A stretch of DNA of 64,000 bases, from positions 1,604,060 through 1,668,059 of the forward strand of contig CBDFHR010000009.1 in assembly GCA_965247555.1 (NCBI GenBank). Direction: 5' to 3'. This document shows, piece after piece, positions 38,271 to 46,854 of the stretch. The stretch comes from Dehalococcoidia bacterium. Lineage in GTDB: Bacteria > Chloroflexota > Dehalococcoidia > Lucifugimonadales > VXLM01. Within the stretch, counting starts at the first letter, position 1. Each line of letters opens with the position of its first letter. A program made the position numbers and the translations under genes. Under the pieces are notes generated by a model. The model did no database searches, was not told the DNA's origin, and saw nothing but the letters and a program-made list of their open reading frames with translations.

Positions 38271-38716
38271 TAGTTGCGGCCGGGTTTGCACAGGGGAGGA
38301 TCGAACAGGACCCGCGCCTCAAAGCCGCTGCCCTTCGTGGGTGACAAGAGCGTTATCAGGCCCGATACGGAATGGAAGACCCCAATTTTGGGCTTCGGCC
38401 CGTAGTGACGGTCAATCGCTTCGATCATCAGGTCGTGGTCGCGGACCAGCGTAGGGATATTGTGGTTTCCGATTGTGCTTACGGTGTTCCAGCCATGATT
38501 TCTAAGGTCATAGACTATGAGGCCGAAATCGTCGGCCAGAAGCGACCAGAAGGGGTAGTAGAGATCGATCGCCAGACCGTTGCCGTGGCTGAGAACGAGT
38601 CGCGGGCCGTCAGGATTGCAGTGACGCCGCAGGGTGATGACGGTGTCATCGTCCACGGGAACATCCACTGTGGACAGCGGCTTGGGTACGTTCCATACGG
38701 TGTTCGAGCTCGTCAT
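38087..38716 (-). CDS. alpha/beta hydrolase fold protein (short; C-terminal end uncertain)
   Basis: Contains VLSHGNGLAIDLYYPFW...DLRNHGWN, and FHSVSG in the nucleophile-elbow position. Only 209 aa, and its 3' end overlaps the permease remnant. Confidence 0.6.
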   Translation of the reverse strand: MTSSNTVWNVPKPLSTVDVPVDDDTVITLRRHCNPDGPRLVLSHGNGLAIDLYYPFWSLLADDFGLIVYDLRNHGWNTVSTIGNHNIPTLVRDHDLMIEAIDRHYGPKPKIGVFHSVSGLITLLSPTKGSGFEARVLFDPPLCKPGRNYLDFEEATARVVAMIRRRTHRFETRPVRARVCIPSKTAWRPRSAINFPSQDLELSAELPSL

Positions 38717-38743
38717 TGGACGGCAGTCTTCCGTACTGGTTTC

Positions 38744-39450
38744 CTAGTTTAATTCGTGGGCGATGGCGGCGGCAAATCGCTCGTTGCCCAAGTCTTCCAC
38801 CTGCCATGTGACCTGCGGAAGCTGGGGTAGCCGCATCGCGGTCTTGGCCGCGTCATTTCGCATGTCCGGAGGGACCTCGAAAGAGGCCACATCCAGCACG
38901 AAGCCCATCCCGTGGGCCTTGATGAGCGCTTCCTTGATAGTCCAGAGCCTGAAGAAGAGGTGAATTTTCTCGTGCCCGTGGGTCAAGAGGCCAACTCGGC
39001 TTGTTCGGTTTGGCCGAAGACCCCTTGGATGAGCAGGTCCATGTTGCGGTGGGAGACCCGTTCCTCGACATCGACGCCGAGCCGTCCTTCCGGCGCAATC
39101 GCGATCAGTCCATGTTCGCCGCTGTGACTGACGTTGAAGCTGATGGGAGTCGCCATTCCATCCACCAATGCGACCGGCTTGCCATGCTCAGTGGACTCGA
39201 ACGCAAGCTGCTCGTTCTCACAGCCGAGCCGGTTATAGAGAATGGCGCGAAGAGCGGCACGGCATAGTGCAAATCGGCGGCGAGGGCCGTCGAACAGGAA
39301 GCGCTCACAGCGTTCCCACTCGTGTTCATCGAGCCACCCAAGAGCAGCAGCTTCGTGGGCGGCGTTCTCTCCCAGATCGACGTGTACGACCGTAGCCGTG
39401 TCAACGATCTTGAAGGGCCTGTACCAGCACACGGCTGCAGAGGCAAGCAT
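38744..39450 (-). CDS. Sfp-type 4'-phosphopantetheinyl transferase; frameshifted in this assembly
   Basis: The N-terminal half has FNVSHSGEHGLIAIA and GVDVEE. The C-terminal half has WTIKEALIKAHG. The halves join at TTGA (38983-38986), and ...EQAELAS|LTHGHEK is restored by adding one base. Confidence 0.8.
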
Positions 39451-39480
39451 TAATTATCGATGCTCCGAAGGAGCGAGGGA

Positions 39481-39726
39481 TCAAGCCATCTGTCCGTCGA
39501 GGCAATTGACCAAGTCATTGAGATTATCCAGCCCCGCGCAGATTTCGGGCGTGAAACTGACATCGAACTCCTGGGCGACCACCTTCGCAAAGGCAGCGAT
39601 ATTCATAGAGGAAACTCCGATCTCTGTGAGGCCTAAACTAAAATCCACCGGCTGAGGCAGCGGCTTTCTATCTACTTCTAGGTTCTCGGCCAAGAGTTTC
39701 CTGATGCGATCTTCGGTCGAGGCCAT
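39481..39726 (-). CDS. acyl/peptidyl carrier protein (stand-alone)
   Basis: ATG 39726 gives 81 aa. The LGLTEIGVSSMNIAAF segment places a Ser at the phosphopantetheine attachment position of a four-helix carrier protein. Confidence 0.7.
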   Translation of the reverse strand: MASTEDRIRKLLAENLEVDRKPLPQPVDFSLGLTEIGVSSMNIAAFAKVVAQEFDVSFTPEICAGLDNLNDLVNCLDGQMA

Positions 39727-39847
39727 GCAGTCCCTCTCCCAAGAAAATGTCTTGCTGTCTGAGACGGCGGTCAGGGTAGAAATATATGAAGTCAAACCAA
39801 GGCGCCATAAGTGTTCAGTCTTAGTGAGACCAACATTCCCCACCCCT

Positions 39848-39874
39848 GTGGATACCCGCTTTCGCGGGTATGAC
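39848..39874. repeat. REP-like palindromic element, copy 2 (GTGGATACCCGCTTTCGCGGGTATGAC)
   Basis: Same flanks (GTGGAT...ATGAC) and loop as copy 1, with compensatory T/A changes that keep the palindrome. Confidence 0.75.
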
Positions 39875-40217
39875 GGTGCTGTGCTTAGAGAGGATTTCAC
39901 GCCGGGCCTGAATACTTACTAGACGCTCGTTCCTGTCTCCTTTGAAAATGACCTTCAAAACTTCCCAGGCCGTATTGGCTTACCTACCAGTCCTTCAGAT
40001 TGAGACCGGCCTCTTCGGGGGGTCGGTCCAATGGCGACGGCGCTGAAACCCAGGCAGTAATTTAGGCTCTTAGCGTCTCCGCAGGACCAAATATAGGAAA
40101 ACGCCCGCAACGATAACACCCGTGATGATGAGGATGATAATCAGCGTCATGCGCTGGCGCGGGGTGGTAGATATGCTGGGCAGGGTGCTGCGCAGACGAT
40201 CCGCAGCGTCCCCGATG

Positions 40218-40227
40218 ATGGGGATTC
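40218..40227. repeat. target-site duplication ATGGGGATTC (left)
   Basis: Identical 10-mer at 41456-41465, immediately outside the inverted repeats. Confidence 0.85.
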
Positions 40228-41455
40228 CAGGGCAATCGCATTTAGACAAGTATAAGATAATATCCAGTAAGATGTGGTCATTCTTTAGCGAGGGAGTGAC
40301 CTCATGGACAATTCACCCGTAGGCTTGCTGACCGATCAGTTCGCCAAGTTGACAGACCCCCGAACCGGTCACGCAAAACGGCACAAACTCATAGATGTCA
40401 TCGTCATAGCCATCTGCGCCGTCATCTGTGGAGCCGACTCATGGGTGGATGTAGAGATGTTCGGCAAGGCCAAGAAGGACTGGTTCAGCCGACTGCTTGA
40501 ACTGCCCAATGGAATCCCGTCGCACGACACTTTTGGGAGGGTCTTTGCCAGGTTGGACCCCGTTCAGTTCGAGGAGTGTTTCGAGGAATGGGTCCATGCG
40601 GTCAACGACGTAACCGGAGGTCAGGTCGTGGCCATAGACGGCAAGACGCTTCGGCGCTCGCACGACAGAGCCGCGGACAAGTCTGCAATCCACATGGTGA
40701 GTGCGTGGGCGTCGGCCAATCGTCTGATTCTCGGTCAGACCAAGGTGGATGAGCGATCCAATGAGATCACGGCCATACCCGAACTGCTCAGTACGTTGGA
40801 CGTGTCAGGATGTACAGTGACCATCGACGCGATGGGGTGTCAGAAAGATATAGCGACGACGATTATCGACCAAGGCGCTGACTACGTGTTGGCCCTCAAG
40901 GAGAACCAACCCCAACTCCACCAAGACGTAACGGATACGTTTGAACAGGCCCGACAGACCGGCTTTGACTATCTCGACCACGACTTCCATGAGACGGTAA
41001 ACAAAGGCCATGGCAGAATCGAGACACGACGGTGTTGGTCTGTCTCAGACCCCGACCACCTCAGCTACATAAACGACCGCAATGAGTGGACGAAGCTGAC
41101 GAGCGTGGTGATGATCGAGTCCGAGAGGATTGAGGATGGTAAGACGTCCATTCAGGCCCGCTACTACATATCGAGTCTGCCGAACGACGCGCGAGTGCTG
41201 CTCGCAAGCGTCAGAACGCATTGGGGGATCGAGAACTCTGTCCACTGGGTGTTGGACGTAGCTTTCGGCGAAGACGACAGCAGGGTGAGGCAGGGCAATG
41301 CAGCACAGAACTTATCCGTGCTGCGTCGCATGGCGCTGAACATGCTCAAGCGTGAGACCACATCACAAGGGGGTGTGGCCGCCAAGCGCAAGCGCGCCGG
41401 ATGGGACGAAGATTACCTACTCTTGGTACTGGCTCAGTGAAATGCGATTGCCCTG
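40228..41455 (+). mobile_element. ISAs1-family insertion sequence, 1228 bp, intact
   Basis: Perfect 16-bp terminal inverted repeats: CAGGGCAATCGCATTT (40228-40243) and AAATGCGATTGCCCTG (41440-41455). It has a single transposase ORF and a 10-bp direct repeat. CAGGG ends and 8-10-bp duplications are typical of ISAs1. Confidence 0.9.
40304..41440 (+). CDS. ISAs1-family (H-repeat-associated) DDE transposase
   Basis: The N-terminus [44 protein letters not shown]...[15 protein letters not shown] is the family hallmark. The stop codon lies inside the right inverted repeat. Confidence 0.9.
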   Translation: MDNSPVGLLTDQFAKLTDPRTGHAKRHKLIDVIVIAICAVICGADSWVDVEMFGKAKKDWFSRLLELPNGIPSHDTFGRVFARLDPVQFEECFEEWVHAVNDVTGGQVVAIDGKTLRRSHDRAADKSAIHMVSAWASANRLILGQTKVDERSNEITAIPELLSTLDVSGCTVTIDAMGCQKDIATTIIDQGADYVLALKENQPQLHQDVTDTFEQARQTGFDYLDHDFHETVNKGHGRIETRRCWSVSDPDHLSYINDRNEWTKLTSVVMIESERIEDGKTSIQARYYISSLPNDARVLLASVRTHWGIENSVHWVLDVAFGEDDSRVRQGNAAQNLSVLRRMALNMLKRETTSQGGVAAKRKRAGWDEDYLLLVLAQ

Positions 41456-41465
41456 ATGGGGATTC
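41456..41465. repeat. target-site duplication ATGGGGATTC (right)
   Basis: See the left copy. Confidence 0.85.
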
Positions 41466-43541
41466 GGGGCCTGCTTGGAGCATCAGGCAAAACCGTTGGT
41501 ATGGCGGTGGGCGGCAGAGCCGGGGCAGCTATAGGTGAAAGCGCATCTGCGGCTGTGGGTGTGAGTGTATGAGTAGGCCAAGGTGTTGGCGTGTAGGTCG
41601 GTATACGTGTGATTGCCGATGCAACCGTGGCCGTAAAGGTCGGTGTAGGTATCGATGAAGGAGTAGGCGTAGGCGTCGGTGAGGGGGTACGCGTTGGCCT
41701 TGGCGTGTAGGTCGGCACAGGTGTGTGTGTGACCGTCGGTGTGGGAGTCGACGTTGGGGTGAGAGTCACCATGGGCGTGTATGTTGGCCTAGGGGTGTGA
41801 GTCGGCGTAAGGGTAGGAGTAGGCGTGTACGTCGCTGTCGGGGTGTAGGTCGGTGTAGGCGTATGCGTGGGCGTGTACGTCGCCGTAGGCGTATAGATCG
41901 GCCGAGGCGTGGGCGAGAGTGAAAACGTGGCCGTGCGCGAATGGGTCGGCGTAGGGATGGGTGAAGGCGTAAATGTGGTGGTCGGGGTGGGTGAAGGCGT
42001 GAATGTGGGCGTCGGTGTAGGTGTCGGCGTGGGCGTTGACGTTGGCGTGTAGGTGGGCGTCGGTGTGGGAGAGGGCGTGAAGGTAGCCGTTGGTGTATGA
42101 GTCGGCGTGGGGGTGGCCGTTGGTGTATGAGTCGGCGTGGGGGTGGCCGTCGCCGGCGGCGGTGGTGGCGGCGGTGGTGGTGGCGGCGGCGGCGGAGGTG
42201 GCGACGGCGGAGGTGGCGACGGCGGAGGCGGTGGTGGTGGCGGCGATACGGACGTGGCGGTAGCTGTGGCCGTGGGTGTATGAGTCGGCGTGGAAGTCGG
42301 CGTATGAGTAGCCGTGGGCGTATGAGTCGGCGTGGAAGTCGGCGTATGAGTAGCTGTGGGGGTGGGCGTCGCTGTGGCCGTTGGTGTATGAGTCGGCGTG
42401 CGGGTGGCCGTCGCCAGTGGTGGAGGCGGAGGCGGCGGTGGTGGAGGCGGAGGCGCAGGTGGCGGCGCAGGTCGTGGCACAGCCGGTGGAGGAGGCGGAG
42501 GCGGCGGCGCAGGTGGTGGCGCAGGCGGTGGCGCAGGCACAGGACGGCACTCGCCTACGTCTTCATCGGCACCGGCACCGGTGTCCGACACCTGGACGGT
42601 CATCGACAAAGGGTCTACCACCACATGGTCGGTCCAACCCGGGTGCATTTCCACGCGAATTGTTCTGCCCGACGTGACCTCACCATCAGTAGGCACGCAA
42701 TAGGTCACTTTCTTGGTCGCTTGCTCCGCATAGAATGCGACGGCGATCAATTCGTCGACACGGGGACCGTTATACGAATCGAACACCATAACACCGCCAT
42801 GAATCTTCCCGACATAACCCGCCGGAAGTGGCGGCGTGAGCCTGACTTTTATGGTAAGCCGCGTATTTTCCTGCACCGGCGAAGGCGAAAGACCCACCAA
42901 GCTGGCAGCGTAGGTCTCGTCTGTCTGAGCATAAACGTCGCTGCAGGAGGGAAGTGTCGCTAAGGCGAGACAAAAGCCAACTAGAGAAACTGAAGGCGGC
43001 ACGACCTTCAGCTTGCGTAAGAACAAGCGTTGCCAAGTCGATATAATTAGTTGCATCAGTGCCGCTAGCATGGCTGTGAGGTCAGGGTGGACTTGAGGAC
43101 GCCGGCAGGCGTCTCAGAATGCCGAGTGCGGGAAGTACTACGGTCGTCAACCGCTAGTTTCAGTCTTCAGGACATATCACCCTCCCTTGCATGTTGACGA
43201 TATTGTTCTGTGACAAATAGTTTATCCTAATCTAATAAAAGTACAATGTCTTTACGGACCTATTTTCCATATTCTGCAAAATTGATCCGTTTCACGATTG
43301 ATTCAGGAAATTCCATCGGTTGCGATCGCCGAGGAAGTTACTCGAAGGCACCAACATGACGCGTTGCTCCTAACACCAACCTCCACGAAACTCGTCTTCC
43401 AAGCCTTGTTAGCACAGGCGGTGAGCGATCCGCCCCTGACGGAAGATGTGCTGTATACTTCGGCGAATGCGGAAGCGGGCATTTGTCCACCTGAGCATAG
43501 GAGAAGACCCATTTCGCTATAACGTGTATGGAGGACGGCCG

Positions 43542-43949
43542 ATGCGAACGGCGATAGTAGTCTGCCTCGTGCTGGTGGCTGTCGCGTGTTCGGAGACCGG
43601 CGCACCCTCTTGTCCCGAGGGGACCGACCGATTCACGGAGTATCAGCTATTCATGGGCCGGAACGGGCCGGACGGCGAAGCTGTCGCCGACGCGGCGTGG
43701 GACGCATTCCTCGCGGATACCGTGACTCCGCGCTTTCCGGACGGCCTGACCGTCATCGACGGTCGGGGCCAGTGGCGCGGCGCTGAGGGGCTGATCAAGA
43801 AGGAGCGGTCAAAGCTGCTCGTGATACTGGCTCCGCCGGATGACGACAAGACGCGCCTAATCGACGAAATCTCGGACGAGTATAAGCGCCGTTTCAGCCA
43901 GGAGTCCGTGCTGCAGGTCGTGGACGACGCCTGCGTTTCGTTCCGCTAG
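43542..43949 (+). CDS. DUF3574-like lipoprotein
   Basis: ATG 43542 follows GGAGGA. Signal peptide plus lipobox (LVAVAC). FTEYQLFMGRNGPDG...VTPRFPDGLTVIDGRGQW resembles DUF3574. Confidence 0.6.
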   Translation: MRTAIVVCLVLVAVACSETGAPSCPEGTDRFTEYQLFMGRNGPDGEAVADAAWDAFLADTVTPRFPDGLTVIDGRGQWRGAEGLIKKERSKLLVILAPPDDDKTRLIDEISDEYKRRFSQESVLQVVDDACVSFR

Positions 43950-44007
43950 TCTGAATGGTGCTTGCGGATGCGGGGGAGCAAGTGAGTGGGAATCGAACCT
44001 TCTCCGC

Positions 44008-45558
44008 CTACATCTGACCGGTAACCTGAATGGGCAAGTCCTTGTACCGGACCCAGATCTCTACCGACTGAAGGACACGGTCGGCGGTAAAGCCCTCCCA
44101 CCGCCGCTCCATTGTGACCTCAACCACATTGTCGCCGCGCCGGATGACCTCGCGGGGAACATCGAACTCGAACCAGTAGTGCGTGTTGATCCTCTGAGGC
44201 ATCCCCACCTTCACCGGCATGTAGGGTACGAGGCCTCCGTAGAAGTGGGTGATCTTCGCCTCGCTCGTAAATAGATCGTGCCCGTTGATCTTGTACGTGA
44301 TGGTGTCGTTCGGGTGCGGCTGCACAAGCCTGACGCCCAAAGTTACGCTCTCTAGCTCGTCGTCATCGATGGCCGAATCGAAGTCGTCGCTCACGGGCAC
44401 GTTCACCACTGCGTTCGTTCCCTCATCGAGTGTCACCGGCAGAACTCGCTCAGGGAGGTACGGGTCGGGCCGGGCCGTTGTTGGCGCTACAGGATAATGC
44501 TTGGTCTTGCGCGCGTATACGTCCGGGTCGGCCATTTCGCGTATCACTTCGTACTCGGTGTTGGTGTGCGGCCACTGGAGATCGGCCAAGTACACGCCGT
44601 CAGCGCCCGCCGCGTGGTAGTTCCCCGCCACCGCCCTCGACATCTCAATCGTCACGTCGTGGTACCGGTCGTCATACGTATCGCGCCCCATGGGGGGGTA
44701 GATCCCGACGCCGACATCGCGCGCCTCCTCAACCATCCAGCCGAAATGGGGCTCGGGGTCGATAATCGTCACGTCGCCGAAGGGCGTCACCCAGTCGACC
44801 AGCCCCTCTCGTATCCACGTCCGCACGTCCATCCCCACGTCCAGGCACGCCTGCTCGCTCGGATGCACGCGAATCGCCAGGGACAGCTCCCTCCCCTGCC
44901 GTCTTCCGATATCGTCCAGCAGCGTGCGAATGCTGCGAATCCACTCGGTCAGGATGGGGATGTTCTGCCGCACCTCCGACGGCTTGAAGAAGACGCGGAT
45001 GTACTCGTCGATCTCCACGCCGTCCGCGCCATACCGGTCACAGACCTCCTCGATCACGCTCAGCCGTTCCTCTCTCACATCGGCCCTTGCAAAGTCCAGC
45101 GCGGTCGCGGTGTACGGTTTGTCGGGGTCTTCCTCGCCGATCATCGCGTCGGGGTTCTCGTACTTGAGCCTACCGATGGTGTAGTTGCTCCCTTCGGGCG
45201 CGCCCGCGTCGTTGATGCGGATGCTGCCGAGCACACGAATGCCCTTTTCATGCGCCCTGTCGACAACGATCTTGAACGGGTCGAGTCCACGTTCGAGCGC
45301 GGATGCGAGGTTCGCCGCCGCACGCCACCACACGAGGCCCGAGTTGTGCGGCATCGCGTTCTCGCCGAACTTGATGCCGACTTTGGTGTCGTACAGAAAC
45401 GTCTGCCCCATGCCGGTGCCATATACCAGGGTGTCGACTCCCGTCCCGATGAGATCGTCGACCGGCTTTTGAAGTCGGTGAAGACTCATCGGAGGGTCGA
45501 ACCGGTACATCAGGTAGTGGCGTGAATCGTGGTAGTAGATCAAACGTGGTTTATTCAT
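44008..45558 (-). CDS. hypothetical protein, possibly TIM-barrel glycoside-hydrolase-like
   Basis: Long clean ORF with ATG 45558 preceded by AGGAGAG. The function call is weak and rests only on alternating beta/alpha-like segments and acidic motifs. Confidence 0.35.
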   Translation of the reverse strand: MNKPRLIYYHDSRHYLMYRFDPPMSLHRLQKPVDDLIGTGVDTLVYGTGMGQTFLYDTKVGIKFGENAMPHNSGLVWWRAAANLASALERGLDPFKIVVDRAHEKGIRVLGSIRINDAGAPEGSNYTIGRLKYENPDAMIGEEDPDKPYTATALDFARADVREERLSVIEEVCDRYGADGVEIDEYIRVFFKPSEVRQNIPILTEWIRSIRTLLDDIGRRQGRELSLAIRVHPSEQACLDVGMDVRTWIREGLVDWVTPFGDVTIIDPEPHFGWMVEEARDVGVGIYPPMGRDTYDDRYHDVTIEMSRAVAGNYHAAGADGVYLADLQWPHTNTEYEVIREMADPDVYARKTKHYPVAPTTARPDPYLPERVLPVTLDEGTNAVVNVPVSDDFDSAIDDDELESVTLGVRLVQPHPNDTITYKINGHDLFTSEAKITHFYGGLVPYMPVKVGMPQRINTHYWFEFDVPREVIRRGDNVVEVTMERRWEGFTADRVLQSVEIWVRYKDLPIQVTGQM

Positions 45559-45783
45559 AAAGCTCTCCTTCTGGCTAGCCATTGCGCGCACATAGAACCC
45601 TCGACAACGAAGGTATTATACCCTGCGGAGCACTGCCTCGAAATACCCACGTCTCATTACGGCCTCAATCCATAGACGCAGAATAGCAGTTCAACGAGGT
45701 CTGCGATGCCATTGTGCAATTGGCAGCGCGTCGCGTTTAGCGACGCTGTGGTATAGTCGATGGACTTGATGAAGGAGGCGCTC

Positions 45784-46836
45784 GTGGAGCACGCACACGA
45801 CGGGCTTCGGCTAACGACCCTGGCCCACTGCGCGGGCTGAGCAGGCAAGTTCAGTCCAAACGACCTGGCGCAGGTGCTGCGTCAGCTCCCACCGGTACGC
45901 GACCCCAACCTGCTCGTCGGCGTCGACACCGCGGACGATGCCGCCGTCTACAAGCTAAATGACCGGACGGCGCTCGTTCAGACGGTGGACTTCTTCCCGC
46001 CGGTCGTCGACGACGCATTCTCGTTTGGGGCGATAGCGGCCGCCAATGCGTTCAGCGACGTGTACGCAATGGGCGGCAGGCCCCTGCTTGCCCTGAACAT
46101 CGTCGGCTTCCCAGTCGACCTTCCGAAGGAGATTCTCGGGCGCATTCTACAGGGGGGCGGAGCAAAGGCGGAGGAGGCGGGCGTCCTCGTCATCGGGGGA
46201 CACACGGTCGACGACGCCGAGCCGAAGTACGGCATGGCGGTGACCGGCACGATCGAGCCGGGCAAGCAGATCACGAACGCGGGCGCGAAGCCCGGCGACG
46301 CGCTCGTGATCACCAAGCCGATCGGTACGGGCATCATCACGACGGCAGGCAAACGTGAGGAGGTGAGCGCAGACGTGCTGGACAATGCGGTTGCGGTTAT
46401 GAGCGCGCTGAACCAGGCCGCGTCCGAGGCGATGGTCGAGGTGGGCGTTCACGCCTGCGTGGACGTGACCGGATTCGGTCTGATCGGGCACCTGCTCGGG
46501 ATGCTCAGCGCGAGCAATGCCTCGGCGGAAGTCTCATTCCCGAATGTGCCGCTCTTGAACGGGGCGGAGCGACTCGCAGCGGACGGTGTTGTTCCCGGAG
46601 GCACGCAGCGAAACCGGAAAGCGGCCGAGACCTCGGTGGAGTGGGCTGCGAAACTGCAGGAACACGAGAAGCTGTTGCTGTGCGATGCACAGACTTCAGG
46701 CGGGCTGCTGATCGCAATCCCGGAAGACCGAAGGAACGCGCTTCTCACTGAGCTGCAAAGTCGCGGAGTTTCGTCAGCGGCCGTTGTTGGGCGCATCACC
46801 GACGGTACTTCCAAAGCAATCCGAGTAGTGGCTTAG
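45784..46836 (+). CDS. selD: selenide, water dikinase (selenophosphate synthetase) with in-frame TGA = selenocysteine at 45838-45840
   Basis: Reading through the TGA gives (M)EHAHDGLRLTTLAHCAG-U-AGKFSPNDLAQVLRQL..., collinear with the SelD N-terminal loop (E. coli ...[24 protein letters not shown]). GTG 45784 lies 5 nt after AAGGAGG. The rest is canonical SelD (DAAVY, FFPPVVDD, GGHTVDD, VTGFGL, GGTQRN, DAQTSGGLL). Confidence 0.85.
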
Positions 46837-46854
46837 GGCAGGTGCGCGGATAGA

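Larger units (their letters stand above)
40070..43071 (-). pseudogene. Pro/Thr-rich cell-surface protein interrupted by an IS element (N-terminal part 41456-43071, displaced C-terminal anchor 40070-40227)
   Basis: Has an N-terminal hydrophobic signal, a roughly 130-aa globular region, long PT repeats and poly-Pro runs. Joining the flanks across the IS (one TSD copy kept) continues the frame: ...SRPRIPI|IGDAADRLRSTLPSISTTPRQRMTLIIILIITGVIVAGVFLYLVLRRR*, a TM helix plus basic tail. Confidence 0.75.

Noticed and set aside
41725-42963. Additional long ORFs in the Pro/Thr repeat region (41789-42550 minus; 42097-42963, 42381-42677 and 42398-42703 plus).
   Set aside because: They are low-complexity artefacts (poly-R/W/G/A/H) of the GGTGGCGG-type repeat. 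Only frame 41434-43071 has a signal peptide, a globular domain and, across the IS, a membrane anchor.
45874-46836. The ORF-track SelD model starts at GTG 45874.
   Set aside because: It would delete the conserved N-terminal catalytic loop. The upstream frame encodes that loop perfectly apart from one TGA at the known Cys/Sec position, and a strong SD precedes GTG 45784.
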